From Chitinophaga pinensis (GTDB lineage: Bacteria; Bacteroidota; Bacteroidia; NS11-12g; UBA955), in NCBI GenBank assembly GCA_945890895.1, contig CAMDDG010000009.1:306-64305 (forward strand): a DNA stretch of 64,000 nucleotides, given 5' to 3'. Every line of letters begins with the position of its first letter. Position 1 is the first letter of the stretch. Positions 47,493 through 54,089 of this stretch are shown piece after piece. The position numbers and the translations under genes were made by a program. The notes under the pieces were generated by a model, which ran no database searches, was not told the DNA's origin, and worked only from the letters and a program-made list of their open reading frames with translations.

Positions 47493-47934
47493 TATTATTG
47501 TTTTTTAAATTCAATAAACTCGTTTTATCTGATCTAATATACGCATGATAAACATAGGCCATGATAAATCCTAATGGAGAAACGGTTGCCTTTAAAAAAG
47601 TGCGATAGATGGCCAATAACGTGGGGGAATCCAATACGGTAAAACGAATCAATCCAGAGATAAATACGGTAGATTCAAAAAAGAAATACAATTGAGTTAA
47701 ATATTTTTTTAACTGATGTTGTTCGGTTAATATACAATAGGTATAGGCTAAAAAATAGTAAAGTAATCCAAAAATAAACCGAAACGTAAATTTTAATATT
47801 GGATGAGAGAAAAAGTCACTATTGATTAGGATATAGGCCCTATACCAAAGAAAACCTAAGCATAAAGAGGCAATTACATAACCGATGAAATAAAGACTAT
47901 GATCGGAGATTTGTTTGTTCAGAAGTGTTTTCAT
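47485..47934 (-). CDS. exosortase F system-associated membrane protein (candidate)
   Basis: 150 aa from MKTLLNKQISDHSLYFIGYVIASLCLGF, with about four TM helices. It lies immediately after, and overlaps by 38 nt, the XrtF-like gene. This is the arrangement described for XrtF. Confidence 0.6.
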   Translation of the reverse strand: MKTLLNKQISDHSLYFIGYVIASLCLGFLWYRAYILINSDFFSHPILKFTFRFIFGLLYYFLAYTYCILTEQHQLKKYLTQLYFFFESTVFISGLIRFTVLDSPTLLAIYRTFLKATVSPLGFIMAYVYHAYIRSDKTSLLNLKNNNIS

Positions 47935-48478
47935 GTGTTTTAATAAATTTTCTAATAAGTAAAAATATAAGTACGTATATGATGGTTTGGAAAAAGTAAA
48001 TATGCAAAAAATTGTACCAATCTGGATTGAATTTAAGCACATAACTGAGTGCAACAATTCTTAACACATTGTATTCATGCAGAATCAATAAGCCAATCAA
48101 TAAGAATAAAAACTTCCTTTTTAAATTCTTATTGGGAAAAATGAAAATGAAGGAAGCGTATAAAAAGAGAAGGGATTTACCTGCACACCCTTCCGCAACT
48201 TTCACTAATGTTCCTTTGCAAACCAAAAAAAATCGAGCGTCAATTTCTGTTTTATATATTTTGGTTGCAACAAAGTCGGCATTCCCAAAGATATCCATTA
48301 GGAATAGGGTTTGACTCCTAATGGATAACATAATGAGTTCATCTATCTTGGGAAAATAATTTAAAATTAACCACAGTATCAATGCAATAAACGCTTTCAA
48401 CATGAACCAAAGTTCTTGTTGAGAGAATTTGAAATTTTTTAGAGATTGAAAGAAATTAAGATTCAAGTTGACCTTCAT
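47897..48478 (-). CDS. xrtF: exosortase family protein, XrtF-like
   Basis: 193-aa polytopic protein. The exosortase catalytic pattern is present: Cys in VAEGCAGKSLL, Arg in NVLRIVAL, and a downstream His in FLHIYFFQ. Its small size and Bacteroidota host fit XrtF. Confidence 0.75.
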   Translation of the reverse strand: MKVNLNLNFFQSLKNFKFSQQELWFMLKAFIALILWLILNYFPKIDELIMLSIRSQTLFLMDIFGNADFVATKIYKTEIDARFFLVCKGTLVKVAEGCAGKSLLFLYASFIFIFPNKNLKRKFLFLLIGLLILHEYNVLRIVALSYVLKFNPDWYNFLHIYFFQTIIYVLIFLLIRKFIKTHENTSEQTNLRS

Positions 48479-48812
48479 GCTTCTTGGATTTACGCACTTT
48501 GCTTATTCCATAGCCTAACAGTCCACCTGCAACCCAAATTAATCCTCCATCAATAGGAACCGAACCATTGCCACCGAATTCATTCGTATCAAATGTTTCA
48601 TCGTTTTCTCTATCTTCTATACCATCTTCAAAAAAACCATAATTTTCAAAAACGGGATCGTTATTAAAAATAGCTTCATCGTGATCATCGTAATCCGATT
48701 CTTCATTATATACTCCGTCAGACTCAAATGTTCCTTGAGCTTTCAATGGATTGATATAGATTGTTGAGATAAGTAAGCCTAAAGCAGTTACTACTAAATG
48801 TGATTTTTTCAT
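48456..48812 (-). CDS. small acidic secreted protein with a PEP-CTERM-like C-terminal sorting signal (VPIDGG + TM + KVRKSKK)
   Basis: 118 aa with signal peptide MKKSHLVVTALGLLISTIYINPLKAQ. About 65 residues are rich in D/E/N/F. The tail is NGSVPIDGGLIWVAGGLLGYGISKVRKSKKHEGQLES. Its stop overlaps the xrtF start by 23 nt, and its start overlaps the upstream stop by 4 nt. Confidence 0.7.
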   Translation of the reverse strand: MKKSHLVVTALGLLISTIYINPLKAQGTFESDGVYNEESDYDDHDEAIFNNDPVFENYGFFEDGIEDRENDETFDTNEFGGNGSVPIDGGLIWVAGGLLGYGISKVRKSKKHEGQLES

Positions 48813-50680
48813 GGATTTACAATTATTTTTTGAGAATGGATATTGGAGAAAGTATGAATATTTAAAATGTATATACCTGAATTTAAACTAGGTATTTGAA
48901 TGCTATTTGAATTCTGTGATTTGAATAAATTGGAAGTATGGAACAATTCAGAACCATTCAAATCCGTAATTGAAACATAATCAATCGGTTCTTTTTTGAA
49001 CGATTCTATGTGTAAAATCCCATTCTTATTGATTGGATTTGGATAAACTGATAAGCCTTCGCTTGCAGTTAATGATTTGTTGCTCAGTACAGTTGAATTA
49101 TTTTTGAAATAAATTTCAAAACGATTATCGTTCTTCAGTTGAGAAGCTTGATCTATGCTAAACGTATAAGAGTTAATATCAATACGAGTTTCAGATTTTA
49201 GTTTCTTGTCTTTTAACCAAACTTCAGTGCCTTGCTCAAGAGAAGCGATTGCATCGTATCGAAACGTAAACGAACCTGTGTTCTTCGCAAAAAACGACAA
49301 TGGGAATGTTTTAGTTAGATACTGACTGATAGAATCTGGATAGCTGGATACGGCAAGTTTGTAATTGTCTTTGCTGAATATCGCTAAGTTTACTACTTCT
49401 GAAGTTAAATCTTTTGAATCAAAATCAATATCGTAGTAATCGGTAGACTTTTTATCGTTTCCGAATAAGAAAACTACTTGATCTTCTTCTTTATCATTAG
49501 AACTATTGTTGATTAAAGTTACACCAAATCGGTTAGTGAAGGTGTCAACAGTGAAAAAATGGGGATTAGATGTTTGTGAGGAGGGTAAATCATCTACTTT
49601 AATACCTTCATTGAATTCAATTGAGGCATTGGTGTCAATTGCTTGCGCCAAAAAAGCACCGCCCATGGGTATAACATCGGTCATTTTACCTGTTGTTGCT
49701 CCGTTGTTTCGGTTGTATGAAATGTATGATTTATTTTTCTTGTCATACATGTAAATTGAACCACGAGTATTTTTCCACTTTTGGCTAGAAATACTACTAG
49801 CAGAAAGTTTAATATGGCTTGGATAAGGATTGGCAATCAAATTCCATCCCTCATTCGTGTTCTTAAGTTCGGTTATAATGGTTCCAAAACCAATTTTACC
49901 GCCTATTGAAATACGAGCTGCTTCTGGTAGAACGGCGCCCAAATCCAACAAGGGTTGACCTTTTCTGTTCTGTACATAAAACGCCGCTCCATAACCTATT
50001 TTAATTGAGTCAGAAGCATTGGTGTATCCTGTCCATTTGTTTGTAGCTTCATTATACCAAAAAGCGGATGGATTGTTGGTTATGGTATTCACAGAAAAAC
50101 CATTCGCCGTACCACCATTTCCAGTTACATCGAATTCCAATGTATCGTTGCAGAACTGCTTTAAGGTAAGTGTTGATCTGAATGGATTTCCAAAATAACG
50201 GAATGCATTATATCCTCTGGTTGTATAGAAAATAATTGAATCAGAGTTTGAAACAATTGGAGTAGAAGCAGAAGAAGTGATTTCATCAATTCTACCTGCA
50301 TATCCAACGGAGTCAGATTCGAGTTTTAAATTGTTGCTGGTAATTAATGCACCAGTTCCAGTTATTTTAATCGTACCGAAATCTGTACCGCCCTTTATGG
50401 TTAATTTGTCGGTTAAAGTAGTGCTTCCCCCATTGAATTCAATAATCCCTTTTAGTGATTGCCCATTGGCATCAAAGTTCTTTGCTGAAGATCCACCAAA
50501 ACGGATGGTTCCGTTGTTTTCGATGCCACCGTTGGGTATTTCTAAATTGTTTTCGGTGGTTAATATTCCTCCTGTTTCAATAAGAATTGTAGCACCGTTG
50601 TGGAATGTAAGCGTTTGAGCTTTTATACAGTAACTGCTAAAAGCAGTTACTGCAATAAGTAATAAATTCTTGTTTTTCAT
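48809..50680 (-). CDS. T9SS-sorted secreted protein of unknown function
   Basis: 623 aa with signal peptide MKNKNLLLIAVTAFSSYCIKAQ. The N-terminus is a G/T/N-rich beta-helix-like region. The C-terminal sorting domain is LSVYPNPINKNGILHIESF...GIYILNIHTFSNIHSQKIIVNP. Confidence 0.75.
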   Translation of the reverse strand: MKNKNLLLIAVTAFSSYCIKAQTLTFHNGATILIETGGILTTENNLEIPNGGIENNGTIRFGGSSAKNFDANGQSLKGIIEFNGGSTTLTDKLTIKGGTDFGTIKITGTGALITSNNLKLESDSVGYAGRIDEITSSASTPIVSNSDSIIFYTTRGYNAFRYFGNPFRSTLTLKQFCNDTLEFDVTGNGGTANGFSVNTITNNPSAFWYNEATNKWTGYTNASDSIKIGYGAAFYVQNRKGQPLLDLGAVLPEAARISIGGKIGFGTIITELKNTNEGWNLIANPYPSHIKLSASSISSQKWKNTRGSIYMYDKKNKSYISYNRNNGATTGKMTDVIPMGGAFLAQAIDTNASIEFNEGIKVDDLPSSQTSNPHFFTVDTFTNRFGVTLINNSSNDKEEDQVVFLFGNDKKSTDYYDIDFDSKDLTSEVVNLAIFSKDNYKLAVSSYPDSISQYLTKTFPLSFFAKNTGSFTFRYDAIASLEQGTEVWLKDKKLKSETRIDINSYTFSIDQASQLKNDNRFEIYFKNNSTVLSNKSLTASEGLSVYPNPINKNGILHIESFKKEPIDYVSITDLNGSELFHTSNLFKSQNSNSIQIPSLNSGIYILNIHTFSNIHSQKIIVNP

Positions 50681-50704
50681 AGATTAAATTCAGCGCTTAT
50701 TGAA

Positions 50705-51703
50705 TTATAATCCAAATGCAGTCATGGTTGCACTATAAACAGTAACGGTAGCCGCTTGTGATCCACTTCCGTCTCGTCCGATTACTCGTAAATCAATCCA
50801 ATCACCTGTACTCATCGATGTAATAGCGTTAACAGTAACTACTCGTTCTTCTGACGTGTTATTAAAGGAAATAGAAACGCTTGAGGGAATTAATACATTA
50901 TTTTTAAATAGCCCGAAAACAAACTCATCCATTCTGTTTCCATCTCTATTTACTCCTTTATAACTTATTGAATAAGAAATATTGAACATTTTTGTACTGC
51001 TCCCTTTGTAAGCAATGACACCTTCTCCGCTTCCTGAATTGTTATGATTAACCCTTGCTCCTAAAGTAGAAATAGAGTCAATTAAAGTATTGGTGCCAAA
51101 TGTTGCGCCTCTCGCAGGAAAATTTATAGAAACCCAATTTGTAGAGGATGTTGTTGAATTCCAATCGGTTGCGCTTGTGTTAGTAGTGACACCCGAATTG
51201 TTGTAGAAGCTTAATTGTGCCATAGGTACTACCAAACGACTATTCATAGTTACATCACCGTTCATGGTTGTAGCACCATTGAAAGTGGAGTTACCCGCCA
51301 TCGTAAGGTTGCCACTTAAAGTGGTGTTGCCAGAAACGGACAAGTTACCGCTGTATGAATTGGTACCTGAAAATGTATTATTTCCTGTGAAAGTGTTAAT
51401 ACCAGAAACTGTTTGGTTACGATTGTTGGTTCCTAATTCAGACCAACTGCCGTTTTCACGGATATTTAATTTTCCAGTTGTGGAATTGTAAATAATTAAA
51501 CCATTCTCGGGTGATGTAATAGCATCACGTTGACTGGTTGTCATTCTTGGAGGTAAAAATCCTTTGGTGCTGGAGTTTACTTCGAGAGCTGCTGAAGAAT
51601 TTACTGAACCTGAAACGCCAATTCCAATTTGACCATTCACTGTTCCGCCTAATAAACTAACAAATGCTACCGCAATTTGTATTTTAATGTTTTTGAATTT
51701 CAT
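50705..51703 (-). CDS. secreted tail-fibre-like protein: conserved N-terminal head, G/N/T/S repeat stalk, C-terminal C1q/TNF-like jelly-roll (tentative)
   Basis: The start is at MKFKNIKIQIAVAFVSLLGGTVNGQ. Then comes GFLPPRMTTSQRDAITSPENGLIIYNSTTGKLNIRENGSWSELG, followed by repeats FTGNNTFSGTNSYSGNLSVSGNTTLSGNLTMAGNSTFNGATTMNGDVTMN. The C-terminus is ...STGDWIDLRV...VTVYSATMTAFGL. Confidence 0.6.
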   Translation of the reverse strand: MKFKNIKIQIAVAFVSLLGGTVNGQIGIGVSGSVNSSAALEVNSSTKGFLPPRMTTSQRDAITSPENGLIIYNSTTGKLNIRENGSWSELGTNNRNQTVSGINTFTGNNTFSGTNSYSGNLSVSGNTTLSGNLTMAGNSTFNGATTMNGDVTMNSRLVVPMAQLSFYNNSGVTTNTSATDWNSTTSSTNWVSINFPARGATFGTNTLIDSISTLGARVNHNNSGSGEGVIAYKGSSTKMFNISYSISYKGVNRDGNRMDEFVFGLFKNNVLIPSSVSISFNNTSEERVVTVNAITSMSTGDWIDLRVIGRDGSGSQAATVTVYSATMTAFGL

Positions 51704-52442
51704 ATATCTAAAAAGAAAAAATGTTTTTACTTTAGTAATTTCATTTTTACTTTTGGATACAATGAACAAGGAAAAGTAAATAATAAAGGGGCTTAAGTTG
51801 AGCAATAGTTGAAAGACAAAAAAAGTTAAAAAGATTAAGCAACATTAAGAAAATTCAAGTGTTCAAATTTTTTCGTATGACCAATTTTTAAAGGCAAACG
51901 AAATTCCAAAAGTTTAAAAAATAAATAATTTCGGAACTAGAATTTCAACAAAGAGCTAAAGTGAATTGGGTAAAAAAGGATTCTAGCATTCCTAGATTTT
52001 GATAATGAACTGTTTGGAAACCAATTATTTAATGAAGTGCAAAATCAATGTTGATTCATTCTCAAAATCGTAATGCAAATTTAACGCCGAGTAGACGTGG
52101 GATGGTTACTGAGGAACCTACTATTGAATGAATGGGCAATTTGTTTGAACGAATATATCAAAAAACCAAATGAATGGACGATTCATTTAGTGAATGAATA
52201 TAATTTGCCTAAAATCTGGATTTCGCAATCTACTGAAATTTCGATGAAATTACAAAATATGACAACAAAAAATTTGCAAAATTTCCAAATTCGACGTTCT
52301 TAGTGCAAAAGTGAATTTTGAATGATTGAATGGATTTTTCACTTTAAAATAGTAATGTGAGAAATTGTTGGGTAAATAATTATTGCTCGAATCGATGTAA
52401 TAAATCGAAAAATTCTAATTAAAAGATATTTCCAAGTAAAAA

Positions 52443-52477
52443 ATATAAAAAAAATCCTCCCGTAAAGAGAGGATTTT
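52443..52477 (-). terminator. terminator hairpin downstream of the tRNA
   Basis: The hairpin aaaatcctc-ccgtaaaga-gaggatttt is followed by a T-run on the minus strand. Confidence 0.6.
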
Positions 52478-52481
52478 TTAG

Positions 52482-52555
52482 TGGGCCCACCTGGGCTCGA
52501 ACCAGGGACCACCTGATTATGAGTCAGGTGCTCTAACCGAATGAGCTATAGGCCC
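52482..52555 (-). tRNA. tRNA with CAT anticodon (elongator Met or lysidine-modified Ile2); CCA not encoded
   Basis: The reverse complement is GGGCCTATAGCTCATTCGGTTAGAGCACCTGACTCATAATCAGGTGGTCCCTGGTTCGAGCCCAGGTGGGCCCA. It has a 7-bp acceptor stem, a GTTCGAG T-loop and anticodon loop CT-CAT-AA. It lacks the three G-C pairs of initiator anticodon stems. Confidence 0.9.
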
Positions 52556-52692
52556 GAATTAGAACTGCAAATATAGTTGAATTATTTTTCTCTTTCAAAT
52601 TGATTTGTTTTAAAAATATCCGATTTTTGAAAGCATGATCTTAAATGATCATACATAATACATTGTAATACTTTGCTATAAGCCCTGCCAAA

Positions 52693-53397
52693 ATGCTGTT
52701 TCCGCGTATTTCTAGATTTTCAATTTGTGCAATCTTTTTGATGGGATTGGTTTATTCAACAACTTCATTGCTTGGAAAACCGCACGTAAATCCCCCGAAG
52801 AAAAAAAGAAACTGGGAACGCATCGTTTCTTCGAACGGAATTGAAGTTTTTACGCGCGACCAATTGGAATCGCCGTATAAAGAAATCAAAGCTACCTTAG
52901 AATTGGATTGCAACTTGAATACATTCATTGGAGTAATTACCGACTATCCCAACTACAAAAGCTGGATATATGCTACGGGGGCTTCCGATTTGTTGGAGAA
53001 AGTATCGGATTTGGAATATACCATGTATCAATTGATTAAAACTCCATGGCCCACCGATGATCGCGATGTGTGTATGCGCGTGAAAATCAGTCAGGATGAG
53101 GCAACGGGAAAAGTAACCATCATCAATAAATCCGAACCGAAATTAAAACCCGAAACCAAGGGAGTAGTTCGTGTAAAACGCAGTGAGATTAAGTGGGAAA
53201 TTTTGCCGATTGGCAAGAATAAACTGAAGTGCAATTACTTCTTGAATACCGAACCCGGTGGAAATGTACCTGCTTGGTTGATTAATTTGTTCATCGCCGA
53301 AGGTCCGTATCAATCATTGTACAATTTGAAATTCGCTCAAATCAAAAAATCCAAGTATTTGAATTACTCAAATCCTCAGATAATTGAAAAATTTTAG
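52693..53397 (+). CDS. START/SRPBCC lipid-binding domain protein with signal peptide
   Basis: 234 aa. The pattern W..V...NGIEVFTR...YKEIKA...PWPTDDRDV...V..K.SEIKWEI.P is typical of START domains. Confidence 0.7.
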   Translation: MLFPRISRFSICAIFLMGLVYSTTSLLGKPHVNPPKKKRNWERIVSSNGIEVFTRDQLESPYKEIKATLELDCNLNTFIGVITDYPNYKSWIYATGASDLLEKVSDLEYTMYQLIKTPWPTDDRDVCMRVKISQDEATGKVTIINKSEPKLKPETKGVVRVKRSEIKWEILPIGKNKLKCNYFLNTEPGGNVPAWLINLFIAEGPYQSLYNLKFAQIKKSKYLNYSNPQIIEKF

Positions 53398-53504
53398 TTC
53401 GCCTTTTATTAGTTGTAAAATACACGATTATTCAATTTTTTTGCTTTTGCAAAAAGGCAGACTCAAATAATATGATACCGATAATATAAAACAAATTTGT
53501 ATTT

Positions 53505-53518
53505 TGGCACGGTATTTG
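53505..53518 (+). promoter_or_regulatory. conserved 14-mer TGGCACGGTATTTG, copy 2
   Basis: It is identical to 33680-33693 and lies 46 nt upstream of the ATG at 53564. Confidence 0.45.
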
Positions 53519-53563
53519 AAAACAGAATGCCAAACGCAACAATAAACTTTAAAAACTTATAAC

Positions 53564-54031
53564 ATGAAAAAAATTACAACATTCTTCGCTATGGCTGCAA
53601 TGATGGTAGGTGCAGCTTACAGTCAAGTTACAATCCGTGGAATTGATTTCGCTAACAATCCTGCGAAATGGAACGGTAAGCCGGTAACAGTTAAAGGCAT
53701 TCAATTGAATATGTCGAATCATCAGGCAGTGGCTTCAGGTGCGGTTGCGCCAGCGGTAGTTGCTGCACCAGGTGGTGCGTTGAATGCAGCTCCCGGCGCG
53801 AATGGTCAAGGAACTGCGGTAGTTCGTTGCAATCCTCCAAGAGGCTTCAAGCAAATCGATGTTGATTTTATCGAAAAGCCAGATTATGAAGGATGTTTCT
53901 TTATTTCGGAAGCTATGTACAACGAATTGAAGAAGCAAACTGCAGGTCAAAACAAGATAGATGTACAATTGACATTCCGCGGTGATAGTAAAATGGGATA
54001 CCAAGTTACTTTCTACCGTTTAGGTAAATAA
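53564..54031 (+). CDS. small secreted protein, unknown family (paralog of 33723-34178)
   Basis: The signal peptide is MKKITTFFAMAAMMVGAAYSQ. The conserved block is RCNPPRGFKQIDVDFIEKPDYEGCFFISEAMYNELKKQTAGQNKIDVQLTFRGDSKMGYQVTFYRLG. The linker is A/P/G-rich. Confidence 0.8.
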   Translation: MKKITTFFAMAAMMVGAAYSQVTIRGIDFANNPAKWNGKPVTVKGIQLNMSNHQAVASGAVAPAVVAAPGGALNAAPGANGQGTAVVRCNPPRGFKQIDVDFIEKPDYEGCFFISEAMYNELKKQTAGQNKIDVQLTFRGDSKMGYQVTFYRLGK

Positions 54032-54061
54032 TAAAATCATTTTACACATTATTTCTGAAAG

Positions 54062-54089
54062 AAGGTCACCGTTAGGTGGCCTTTTTTTT
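54062..54089. terminator. bidirectional terminator between convergent genes
   Basis: The hairpin aaggtcacc-gtta-ggtggcctt (one G-T pair) is followed by a T-run. Confidence 0.7.

Noticed and set aside
47485-48057. Long ORF 47485-48057 overlapping xrtF by 160 nt, read as a possible frameshifted or fused gene
   Set aside because: The internal ATG at 47934 (MKTLLNK) gives a 150-aa four-TM protein of the size expected for the XrtF partner. It overlaps xrtF by only 38 nt, so no frameshift needs to be invoked.
52097-52303. 68-aa ORF in the spacer next to the tRNA
   Set aside because: Its translation (NEW.I.LNEY repeated) reflects a DNA-level imperfect duplication in AT-rich non-coding DNA. There is no promoter box or recognisable protein features.
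36325-52480. Calling the accessory block a mobile element, prophage or defence island
   Set aside because: I recognised no integrase, transposase, phage structural or replication genes, nucleases, helicases or toxin-antitoxin signatures. The content is envelope and glycan biosynthesis. I therefore report it only as compositionally atypical accessory DNA next to a tRNA.
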